NCBI GenBank assembly: GCA_964573855.1
Contig: CAZNKO010000003.1
Coordinates: forward strand, 1 to 39,086
Length of the DNA stretch: 39,086 nucleotides
Source of the DNA: an uncultured Gammaproteobacteria bacterium
GTDB lineage: Bacteria > Patescibacteriota > Patescibacteriia > UBA9934 > GWF2-40-263
Direction: 5' to 3'
In this document: positions 23,518 through 33,313 of the stretch, piece by piece
How the letters are laid out: the number at the start of each line of letters is the position of its first letter
Position numbering within the stretch: position 1 is the first letter of the stretch
Position numbers and translations under genes: made by a program
The notes under the pieces: generated by a model
Seen by the model: only the letters and a program-made list of their open reading frames with translations
What the model was told of the DNA's origin: nothing
Databases searched by the model: none

Positions 23518-24017
23518 GGTTCGGTGCTACGCGATCGGGCGCGGGAAGTCGGACGGTTCGGTCGCAGAGAGCAGACGGTTCGGTTATTGTTTGAGAAAAT
23601 CTCGCAGGTGCAATAATTTGAAGTAAAGCGTTGCGATTTTGGAACGGAGTCCTTGTTCCGCTTCAGATGAAATGTAGCCCAAACCAACGGCCGTGGCAAA
23701 ACATTCGCGCACTTCAAGCAAGGAGCGGGTCGCGATCGTCACGAACCGCGCATTATCGGCTTTTGTCCCGCCGCTCCCTTCCGCGATGTTTAATGAAACG
23801 GAAACAGCCGCGCGTCTCGCCTGGTTTCCCAGTCCCCCGGCGAAGATTTCCTCGCGCGGCCATGAGCGCGTAATGAGATAGACCTCAATGGTCAAAGCCC
23901 GCGAGAGTTTGACGACTTCCAGTTGTTCGTAACGAAATTCCATAACCGAACAGCCGCAGGCACCGAACCAAGCGACGACAGCCGAACGCTGCTCACCGTC
24001 GTCAGGCAGCACCGAAC
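23518..24017. repeat. IVS-like long inverted repeat (GGTTCGGT/ACCGAACC arms) carrying a four-helix-bundle ORF in its loop
   Basis: The left arm (23518-23585) has three GTTCGGT cores and the right arm (23944-24017) has four CCGAAC cores. The arm ends closely match the ORF-less element at 34415-34557. Confidence 0.7.
23584..23943 (-). CDS. four-helix-bundle protein (23S rRNA intervening-sequence protein family)
   Basis: MEFRYEQLEVVKLSRALTIEVY...GNQARRAAVSVSLNIAEGSGG...ATRSLLEVRECF matches the family pattern. I prefer ATG 23943 over the track's 24012. Confidence 0.8.
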   Translation of the reverse strand: MEFRYEQLEVVKLSRALTIEVYLITRSWPREEIFAGGLGNQARRAAVSVSLNIAEGSGGTKADNARFVTIATRSLLEVRECFATAVGLGYISSEAEQGLRSKIATLYFKLLHLRDFLKQ

Positions 24018-24018
24018 A

Positions 24019-24708
24019 TTAAGTACCCTGTGCAACTTCGACCTGGATCCCCGGGCCCATGGTGGAGCTGATCGTGGCGCTCCGGATGAAGATGCCTTTT
24101 GAGGACGGCGGTTTCAGTTTCTTGACCGCCTCAAGAAGCGCGGTCAGGTTTTCTTTGAGCTGTGTTTCGTTGAACGAGGCGCGGCCGAACACCTGGTGGA
24201 GGTTGCCGAGCGTATCGTTCTTGAAACTCTGCTTGCCGGCTTTTTGTTCCGCGACCATCTTTGAGACGTTGGCACCCACCGTGTCGGTCTTTGGGTTCGG
24301 CATGAGGCCTTTGGGCCCCAGAAGTTTCGCGAGTTTCGCGAGCTTCGGCATCATGGTTGGGGTTGCGACCGCGACGTCGAAGTTGAGGATGCTCTTTTGA
24401 GAGATTTCCGCGATGAGTTCCTCGCCGCCGATCAAGTCCGCTCCGGCGCTCTTCGCCTCGGCTTCCTTGGCCGGTTCAACAAGGGCCGCGACTTTTTTGG
24501 TTTTGCCGACGCCGTGCGGGAGGGCAATGGTGCCGCGGACCTGCTGGTCGCCCTTGGTGGCATCAATCCCGAGCTTCACATGGAGCTCGACCGCTTCGTC
24601 AAACTTCGCGGTCGCGGTCTTTTTGAGGAGTGCGACGGCCTCATCGAGCGTGTACGCTTTTTTCGTGTCTACGAGTTTCTTGGCCTCCTTGAATCGTTTG
24701 CCTGGCAT
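24019..24708 (-). CDS. rplA: 50S ribosomal protein L1
   Basis: MPGKRFKEAKKLVD...GTIALPHGVGK...LGPKGLMPNPKTDTV. The start is at ATG 24708. Confidence 0.95.
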   Translation of the reverse strand: MPGKRFKEAKKLVDTKKAYTLDEAVALLKKTATAKFDEAVELHVKLGIDATKGDQQVRGTIALPHGVGKTKKVAALVEPAKEAEAKSAGADLIGGEELIAEISQKSILNFDVAVATPTMMPKLAKLAKLLGPKGLMPNPKTDTVGANVSKMVAEQKAGKQSFKNDTLGNLHQVFGRASFNETQLKENLTALLEAVKKLKPPSSKGIFIRSATISSTMGPGIQVEVAQGT

Positions 24709-24776
24709 AGAATGTGTGGTGTTGGCGTCCCGCAACGCGGGACTCCCACGATAATTACGAGTAAAGAAGATTTATG

Positions 24777-24860
24777 GTCGGGTGGCATCGCAGTGGGGCC
24801 CCCGACAGCGCGCAGTGAAACGAGCACTGATGGGGTGAAACTGCGATGACAGGACCCGAC
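24777..24860. other. long imperfect hairpin in the spacer upstream of rplA
   Basis: GTCGGGT (24777-24783) pairs with ACCCGAC (24854-24860), and CATCGCAGT (24786-24794) pairs with ACTGCGATG (24840-24848). A separate hairpin, GTCCCGC-AAC-GCGGGAC, is at 24727-24743. Confidence 0.6.
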
Positions 24861-25228
24861 TAGGATTTGTCTTGTTCGTCCTCTTTCTTTTTTCCGCGTT
24901 CCTCCATCCAATCGCGGTACAGAATCCGCCAATGGATCCAGAAGAGGGGAGCGGAGACGACGAGCATGGAGATGTCGCGCACGACGCTTTGCTGTTTGCG
25001 GACGAGCGCCGCGCGTCCCTCGTTTTCTTTTTGTTGATCGCACTGTTCTTGCGTCTGGTACTGCCGGTCGCAGTACGTCGGGTACTCCGGCGCGTCCGCG
25101 GCGGTGAAGAGATAGGTTTTGAGCGTGATGTTGATGAGATCCGACACCGAGAAAATCAACATGATCAGTGTGGCGAATGAGACGAGGGCGAAATAGATCC
25201 GGAGAATGATTGAGCCGCCTTTGGTCAT
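24860..25228 (-). CDS. small two-TM membrane protein inserted between rplK and rplA
   Basis: MTKGGSIILRIYFALVSFATLIMLIFSV ... MLVVSAPLFWIHWRIL, with a Lys/Glu-rich tail. Confidence 0.6.
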   Translation of the reverse strand: MTKGGSIILRIYFALVSFATLIMLIFSVSDLINITLKTYLFTAADAPEYPTYCDRQYQTQEQCDQQKENEGRAALVRKQQSVVRDISMLVVSAPLFWIHWRILYRDWMEERGKKKEDEQDKS

Positions 25229-25237
25229 AGGGGGATA

Positions 25238-25311
25238 GGGCTTTGAGGGCTTTGAAGGCTTTGAGGGCTTTGAAGGCTTTAGCCCTCTTAGCCCTTTCAG
25301 CCCTCTCAGCC
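25238..25311. repeat. tandem GGGCTTTGA(G/A) repeats followed by their inverted complement (AGCCCTC units)
   Basis: GGGCTTTGAGGGCTTTGAAGGCTTTGAGGGCTTTGAAGGCTTT then AGCCCTCTTAGCCCTTTCAGCCCTCTCAGCC. The repeat fills the rplK to small-ORF spacer. Confidence 0.75.
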
Positions 25312-25313
25312 AA

Positions 25314-25739
25314 TTATTCTTTAACCTCTACTCCCATTTGCCGCGCCGTGCCGGCAATAATTTTCATGGCCTGCTCGACGTCCTGCGTGTTCAGGTCCGG
25401 CAGTTTTTTCTCTGCGATTTCTTTGAGCTGGGCCTTGGTGATCTTTCCGACCTTCTCTGTCAAAGGTTTTCCAGAACCTTTCGGGATCCCAGCCGCCTTT
25501 TTGATAAGTTCCGAGGCTGGCGCCGTCTTCGTGATAAAGGTGTAGGAGCGATCCTCAAAGACACTGATCACGATCGGGACAACCTCGCCGCGGCGATCCT
25601 TGGTCGCCTCATTAAACTTCTTCACGAACTCACCAATGTTAAGGCCGTGCTGACCGAGCGCAGGACCGACCGGCGGGGCCGGGGTGGCGGCACCACCAGC
25701 GATTTGGAGTTTGATCTGGGTAACGAGTTTCTTTGCCAT
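25314..25739 (-). CDS. rplK: 50S ribosomal protein L11
   Basis: [35 protein letters not shown]. The start is at ATG 25739. Confidence 0.95.
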   Translation of the reverse strand: MAKKLVTQIKLQIAGGAATPAPPVGPALGQHGLNIGEFVKKFNEATKDRRGEVVPIVISVFEDRSYTFITKTAPASELIKKAAGIPKGSGKPLTEKVGKITKAQLKEIAEKKLPDLNTQDVEQAMKIIAGTARQMGVEVKE

Positions 25740-25790
25740 AGCGATGTGTTTATTGGATTCTCCTTTGCGGAGCAACCAAGCTATGAATTA

Positions 25791-26336
25791 TTAAACTTTT
25801 TTCACCTGCAAAAAGTCGAGTTCCACTGGCGTCTCGCGGCCGAACATGTTCACGAGCACTTTCACCTTGCCGCGTTCCTGATCCACTTCGGAAACTTTTC
25901 CTTCAAAATTTTTGAACGGACCATCTGCGATCAGGACGGGGGAACCTGGCTCGACATCGAGCGTGTACTCCGGCTCCTCCACCTTCATGCGCTTGAGGAG
26001 CGAGGCGATTTCTTCTTCGGAGATCGGCGTCGGAGTCGTGCCCGTGCCGATGAATCCGGTAACGTTCGGCGTGTTGCGCACAACGTACCACGAGTCATCC
26101 GTCACGATCATCTCGACCAGCACATAGCCCGGGAAAATTTTTTCCTCCACGGTCTTGCGCTTGCCGTTCTTGATCTTGATCTTTTTTTCTTTCGGCACGA
26201 GGACGTTGAAGATCTTGTCTTCCATGTCCATCGTTTCGATGCGCTGGTTGAGATTTTCGGACACGTTCTCCTCGTATCCGGAGTACGTGTGGATGGCGTA
26301 CCAGCGCCGGCCGTGTTTCGCAACCTGTTTTGGCAT
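25791..26336 (-). CDS. nusG: transcription termination/antitermination factor NusG
   Basis: WYAIHTYSGYEENV (NGN domain) and KOW motif GSPVLIADGPFKNFEGKVSEV. The start is at ATG 26336. Confidence 0.95.
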   Translation of the reverse strand: MPKQVAKHGRRWYAIHTYSGYEENVSENLNQRIETMDMEDKIFNVLVPKEKKIKIKNGKRKTVEEKIFPGYVLVEMIVTDDSWYVVRNTPNVTGFIGTGTTPTPISEEEIASLLKRMKVEEPEYTLDVEPGSPVLIADGPFKNFEGKVSEVDQERGKVKVLVNMFGRETPVELDFLQVKKV

Positions 26337-26347
26337 AGGGTCGTTAT

Positions 26348-26413
26348 TCGTTGCTCGTGTTCGGTGATCGTTGCTCGTGTTCATTAACGAACGATCTACG
26401 AGCACGAACGACG
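26348..26413. repeat. direct 15-nt repeat plus imperfect inverted partner in the secE-nusG spacer
   Basis: TCGTTGCTCGTGTTC at 26348-26362 and 26368-26382. GAACGATCTACGAGCACGAACGACG (26389-26413) is partly complementary to it. Confidence 0.55.
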
Positions 26414-26436
26414 GACAACGTTTGACGATGAACGTT

Positions 26437-26658
26437 TTAGCGTTGAGCAAGAGCAATGAGCTTCTCAAGCCCGATCGTGAGTCCCCAATCGAGCACACCG
26501 AGAAACAACGCGACCGCAATACTGATCCCGATCACGAACGCCGAATACCGGAACGTTTCCTCCCGGGTCGGCCAAGCGACCTTCCCAAGCTCCTCTTTTG
26601 ATTCGCGCAGGTACCGGGGGAGCGCTAAGAGGGGATTGCGAGTTTTAACTCCTTCCAT
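26437..26658 (-). CDS. secE: preprotein translocase subunit SecE
   Basis: YLRESKEELGKVAWPTREETFRYSAFVIGISIAVALFLGVLD, located upstream of nusG. The start is at ATG 26658. Confidence 0.85.
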   Translation of the reverse strand: MEGVKTRNPLLALPRYLRESKEELGKVAWPTREETFRYSAFVIGISIAVALFLGVLDWGLTIGLEKLIALAQR

Positions 26659-26765
26659 AAACCTTTTTGAAGGTTTTTTAAAACCCCTTGCGGGGGTTGG
26701 GGATATCCTAACGGAGCCGTGGAAAAAAGGCAAGGGGCCTCGGGATTCCGTGTTATACTGGTGGC

Positions 26766-29404
<2,639 letters not shown>

Positions 29405-29586
29405 TCATACTGCGCTCTCTCGCTCGGAAGAACTGGAGCAGTAGCTCCGTTCTTCTCTCACTCGATCGCGCGTAGAGCATCAAAACAGTGCAAATAGAAT
29501 ACCACAGAAAAAGGGAACAGGGAAGAGGGAATAGGGGACAGACAAAGGGTGAAAAATTCGAATTTCTCTGCTACAATGTTCTCATT

Positions 29587-30507
29587 ATGGCGAATGGATT
29601 TTTGAAGCCGGAAGAGAAGGAATTCACGCGGCAATACAAGTTTCAGATGTGGTGGATTGGGCACCGCGAGCGGCTCAAAAAAGTCGGCTACGGGATTTTT
29701 ATCGCCTTTGACGCCCTCCTCCTTATTTTTGCTTTGTGGGCGTTTATTGATGGGTTTCTCGTGAGTTATGACCAGGAGCAGGCGGCCGTGGCGAGGCTCG
29801 TGCTCTCCGGGCAGGAGGATCTGCGTTCGTACTCGGCGGCGACCGCAGCCATGCCGCTTGAGATAGGGACGGTAACCGTCTTAACACTCGAGGGCGGGCG
29901 ATATGACCTTGCGAGCACGGTGCAGAACTCAAACGCGGATTGGTACGCGACATTCTCCTACGCGTTCCGATTTGGCGGCGAGGCGGTCGCGAGCGGCGAA
30001 AGCTTTGTCCTTCCGGGAACGGAGAAACCGCTCGTGGCCCTTGCCGTGGCTTCCGAGGTCTCGCTTTCCGGGACGGAGCTTGAACTCGGCGAGGTGCGCT
30101 GGCGGCGGGTGGATCGGCACCAAACCGGACCCTACGAATCCTGGGCGCAAGCACGACTCAATTTGGAAATCACGGACGTGCAGTACGCGACCGACGTCAA
30201 GCTCGACAACCAGACGATCGGCCGCGTGACCTTCACGGTAAAAAATAAGACCGCGTTCAGTTATTACGATCCGACCTTCCTGATCCTGCTCAAGCGCGGT
30301 GAGAGCGTGGTGGGCGTGAGCGCAACAACCTTGAACGCGCTCGATTCCGGGGAGACGCGCGAGGTGGTTGTCAATTGGTTCGGGGCCCTTCCTGCCGCAA
30401 GTCGAGTCGAAGTGCTGCCGGACATCAATATTTTTGACCTTGCCGTTTACAAGCCGCTCTCCGGCGAGACCACCACAGACACCCGTGAGCGTGTTTTAGG
30501 GGAGTGA
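29587..30507 (+). CDS. hypothetical membrane-anchored protein
   Basis: ATG 29587 (MANGFLKPEEKEF...) lies 9 nt after TACAAT. One TM helix (GYGIFIAFDALLLIFALWAFI) is followed by a soluble domain. Confidence 0.65.
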   Translation: MANGFLKPEEKEFTRQYKFQMWWIGHRERLKKVGYGIFIAFDALLLIFALWAFIDGFLVSYDQEQAAVARLVLSGQEDLRSYSAATAAMPLEIGTVTVLTLEGGRYDLASTVQNSNADWYATFSYAFRFGGEAVASGESFVLPGTEKPLVALAVASEVSLSGTELELGEVRWRRVDRHQTGPYESWAQARLNLEITDVQYATDVKLDNQTIGRVTFTVKNKTAFSYYDPTFLILLKRGESVVGVSATTLNALDSGETREVVVNWFGALPAASRVEVLPDINIFDLAVYKPLSGETTTDTRERVLGE

Positions 30508-30550
30508 TGCCTCTGGCAGAGTCAGCGCACCTTGGGGTAGGGTAAGGCGG

Positions 30551-30686
30551 GTATGCCCCGTACGACAACTTCGACATTTTTCTGTGTGTCAGTTCTGAAT
30601 AGAAATGCTAAAACCATTCAGGGTCGTCGTTTCCTTACAAAATGCCCTCAAAGCTCTTTTAAGTTGAAGTTGTCGTACGGGGTATG
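30551..30686. repeat. start-codon hairpin element, copy 1
   Basis: GTATGCCCCGTACGACAACTTCGAC (30551-30575) and GTTGAAGTTGTCGTACGGGGTATG (30663-30686). There are 17 perfect bp (30556-30572 with 30666-30682), extendable with G-U pairs. The last ATG is the start of the SEDS gene. Confidence 0.85.
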
Positions 30687-31814
30687 AACGTACGGATATT
30701 TTTCGGCGCCCTGCGCCGCATGGACTGGCTGCTCGTGTTTTCCATGCTCGTGTTGGTTCTCTTCGGGCTCTCGGCCATCTATTCGGTGGCGCTTTCCCAA
30801 TCCGGTTCGGATTTTTTGAATCTGAAAAAACAGCTCGTGGCGGCTGCGCTCGGCCTCGGGCTGTTTTTTATTTTGACCGCCTCCAATTATCGCCTCCTCC
30901 GGAATTACAGTCTGCTCTTGTATATCCTCGGGGTCGCGGCTCTCCTCGCCGTGCTGTGGCTCGGCAGCACGGTGCGCGGGACGACCGGCTGGTTTGATTT
31001 CGGTCCGTTCCGTTTCCAACCGGTCGAGGCTATGAAGGTGATCCTGCCGGTGATGCTGGCGTCCTTTTTGAGCCAGCGGGCGCGCCGGCGTTTTGGCTTC
31101 CGGGAGCTTGTGGGGAGTCTCGGCATCACGGCTCTCCCGGTCGCGCTCACGCTTCTCCAGCCCGACCTCGGCTCTGCCATGCTTCTCGTTGCGATCTGGG
31201 GAGTCATGGTCTTGTTTGCGGGCATTCCGCGCCGGCAGGTCCTCACCCTTGTCCTTGCGGCGGTCGGGATCGGGTTTTTCGCCTGGACCGCGCTTTTTGC
31301 CGACTACCAGCGTGCTCGTCTCCTCACGTTTTTTGAACCCGAGCGCGATCCGCTCGGGCAGGGATACAATGTCACCCAAGCCATCATCGCGGTTGGTTCC
31401 GGCGGCTGGTTTGGTCGCGGCCTTGGATTTGGCTCGCAAAGCCAACTCAAGTTCATTCCTGAAAGCCAGACCGACTTTATTTTTGCCGTCATTGCCGAGG
31501 AGCTTGGATTCGTGGGAATCCTGCTCGTCTTTGCGGCTTTCGGGGCGCTCATTTCTGCCGTGTTCCGCCATGCGCGAGCCACCCACGACGACTTTGCCGC
31601 CTTTTTGCTCGTCGGGATCGGCGGTTCGCTTCTCATCCAGAGTCTTGTAAATATTGGGATGAATCTCGGGCTTATGCCGGTCACCGGACTTGGCTTTCCG
31701 CTCGTGAGCTACGGGGGAAGTTCTCTTTTATTTACCCTCATCATGCTCGGCATGGTGAGCAGTGTAGCCCGTTCATCTCCCCAAGCTGGTGGAGTCGTGG
31801 TAGAGTGGAGATAG
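30684..31814 (+). CDS. SEDS-family peptidoglycan polymerase (FtsW/RodA)
   Basis: Ten-TM profile with QPVEAMKV, QPDLGSAML and GSGGWFGRGLGFGSQSQLKFIPESQTDFIFAVIAEELGFVG. Confidence 0.9.
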   Translation: MNVRIFFGALRRMDWLLVFSMLVLVLFGLSAIYSVALSQSGSDFLNLKKQLVAAALGLGLFFILTASNYRLLRNYSLLLYILGVAALLAVLWLGSTVRGTTGWFDFGPFRFQPVEAMKVILPVMLASFLSQRARRRFGFRELVGSLGITALPVALTLLQPDLGSAMLLVAIWGVMVLFAGIPRRQVLTLVLAAVGIGFFAWTALFADYQRARLLTFFEPERDPLGQGYNVTQAIIAVGSGGWFGRGLGFGSQSQLKFIPESQTDFIFAVIAEELGFVGILLVFAAFGALISAVFRHARATHDDFAAFLLVGIGGSLLIQSLVNIGMNLGLMPVTGLGFPLVSYGGSSLLFTLIMLGMVSSVARSSPQAGGVVVEWR

Positions 31815-31962
31815 TATGCCCAGTGACTACAACTTCGATGTTTCTGCCAACGTCCGTTAACCCTAAAATATTTATGTTTCAACACAAAGAATCAGACAGC
31901 CATACGTCTTTACTCCAGAAACAGGTTCTCCTGTTTCTATCGAAGTTGTAGTACTGGGTATG
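31814..31962. repeat. start-codon hairpin element, copy 2
   Basis: GTATGCCCAGTGACTACAACTTCGAT (31814-31839) and ATCGAAGTTGTAGTACTGGGTATG (31939-31962). The left arm abuts the SEDS stop codon. The last ATG is the start of ORF 31960. Confidence 0.85.
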
Positions 31963-32349
31963 GCGAACAACCGCGCACATTTGTGGAACGAACGCCTGAA
32001 ACTCGTGTCCTACTGCCCGTTGTGTGAAACGCGTTCCCGGCCGTCAGAAGCTCGACTGGTCGGAGAGGACGGCGAGACCCATCTTCTGCACGTCACCTGT
32101 CGGAAGTGCCAAGGATCGGTTCTTGCCCTTGTGTTCGTGAATCGGGTCGGGGCGAGTTCGGTTGGCGTGGTGACGGACCTTCTCTACGAGGATGTCATCC
32201 GGTTCGGTCAGACCCGAGCCGTATCCGTGGACGATGTCTTGGAAATGCACGAGCTTTTAGGGCGGCCTCTTTCGGAGTGGCTCCACGTCTCTCCGCTCAT
32301 AAAGGAACGGCCCCGCCGGGCCCGCAAACTGCGCGGCCGGCACGCATAA
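31960..32349 (+). CDS. hypothetical zinc-ribbon protein
   Basis: CPLC ... CRKC pairs and an Arg-rich tail. The gene is flanked on both sides by start-codon hairpin elements. Confidence 0.6.
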   Translation: MANNRAHLWNERLKLVSYCPLCETRSRPSEARLVGEDGETHLLHVTCRKCQGSVLALVFVNRVGASSVGVVTDLLYEDVIRFGQTRAVSVDDVLEMHELLGRPLSEWLHVSPLIKERPRRARKLRGRHA

Positions 32350-32418
32350 TGACTTGACAGGAGGAGGGGGATCACTCACACTACCGACCATTCAGTCTTG
32401 GAATCCTCAAGGATCGGA

Positions 32419-32527
32419 TATGCCCCGTACTACAACTCTCACAGGGACTGTAGGGATGTGGCAGTAAATTGATGGTCTAAATTGTGATAGTCATTGGTAT
32501 TCCACCAGTGTTGTAGTACGGAGTATG
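32419..32527. repeat. start-codon hairpin element, copy 3
   Basis: TATGCCCCGTACTACAAC (32419-32436) and GTTGTAGTACGGAGTATG (32510-32527). The last ATG is the rplY start. Confidence 0.8.
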
Positions 32528-33304
32528 CAAAAGACGTATCATTTGAGTGCAAAAACGCGCACAGAAAAAGGCCGCAAGAACTGGTCGCTCCGCGCGGGAG
32601 ACCAGGTTCCGGCTGTTGTATACGGGGCGGCGCTCAAGGAGCCGAAGAATATTGCCGTGGACCGGAATGCTTTTACACGCCTGTTCCGCGAGGCGGGCGA
32701 AAGCTCGCTCGTCGAGCTCGAAGTGGAGGGCAGTCAGCCGCTCCCCGTGCTTATTCAGGACATTCAACTTGATCCTTTGCGGAACGAAGTCATCCACGCG
32801 GCTTTTCGCGCGGTGGACATGACAAAAGCCGTCGAGGCAGACGTGAAGCTGCACTTTACGGGCGAATCTGTAGCCATGAAATCGCTTGGAGGCACGCTCG
32901 TGCACCCGGTTGAAACTCTGCGCGTGAAAGCTCTGCCGAAGGATTTGCCGCACATGATTGAGATTGACTTGTCTCGGCTCGCGACATTTGAAGACGCTAT
33001 CCACCTGAAAGATATTGTGGTGGGGGCTGGGGTGGAATTTCTTGGGGACAAAAATCAGACCGTGGCGCTTGTGACGCCTCCGCGCTCGGAGGAAGAGTTG
33101 GCTGAACTTGATAAGGCAGTCGAGATCGATGTCACAAAAGTCGAAGTGGCGGGCAAGAAGAAAGAGGAGGAAGAGGCAGAAGGGGAGGAAGGGGCTGCGG
33201 CGGGCGAAAAGAAGCCGGAAACCGAAGCGAAGTCCGGCAAAGCCGGATCCGGCTTCGCCGGAAAAGAACTGGTGGCAAAAGAAGCTCCAAAGGCCAAGAA
33301 ATAA
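32525..33304 (+). CDS. rplY: 50S ribosomal protein L25/Ctc form
   Basis: LSAKTRTEKGRKNWSLRAGDQVPAVVYG, IQDIQLDPLRNEVIHAAF, and an acidic/Lys-rich C-terminal tail. Confidence 0.9.
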   Translation: MQKTYHLSAKTRTEKGRKNWSLRAGDQVPAVVYGAALKEPKNIAVDRNAFTRLFREAGESSLVELEVEGSQPLPVLIQDIQLDPLRNEVIHAAFRAVDMTKAVEADVKLHFTGESVAMKSLGGTLVHPVETLRVKALPKDLPHMIEIDLSRLATFEDAIHLKDIVVGAGVEFLGDKNQTVALVTPPRSEEELAELDKAVEIDVTKVEVAGKKKEEEEAEGEEGAAAGEKKPETEAKSGKAGSGFAGKELVAKEAPKAKK

Positions 33305-33313
33305 TCCAACTGC

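Noticed and set aside
23518-24017. tRNA genes, suggested by recurrent GGTTCGGT / GGTTCGAG T-loop-like strings here, at 34415-34557 and at 35847.
   Set aside because: No flanking 5-bp T-stems, acceptor stems or anticodon arms can be drawn. The motifs are cores of inverted repeats. I found no tRNA or rRNA in the window.
24709-24760. A specific L1-binding autoregulatory site in the rplA leader (GGGAGTCCCGCGTTGCGGGAC on the minus strand).
   Set aside because: I cannot verify resemblance to the L1 stalk of this organism's 23S rRNA from the window. It is left only as a possibility inside the rplK-rplA finding.
26337-26519. N-terminal extensions in the ORF track for nusG (26519), secE (26733), rplA (24735), rplK (25775), the four-helix-bundle ORF (24012), dnaE (1069) and ORF 10285-11676.
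   Set aside because: The extensions run through repeat or hairpin spacers or promoters and add non-homologous, low-complexity residues. Internal ATGs reproduce the canonical N-termini of these families.
30553-30687. A 44-codon upstream ORF (MPRTTTSTFFCVSVLNRNAKT...) ending in an ATGA overlap with the SEDS start.
   Set aside because: The equivalent ATGs in the other two hairpin copies terminate after 14 and 15 codons. Only the arm-encoded MPRTTT/MPSDY part is similar. The conservation is at the DNA-palindrome level, not the protein level.
30551-32527. A CRISPR-like or integron attC-like array, suggested by repeated arms with variable intervening sequence.
   Set aside because: The arms alternate in inverted orientation around short loops, and whole housekeeping genes sit between them. 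They are not direct repeats with spacers. The arms do not fit the attC RYYYAAC/GTTRRRY cores. No cas or intI gene is in the window.
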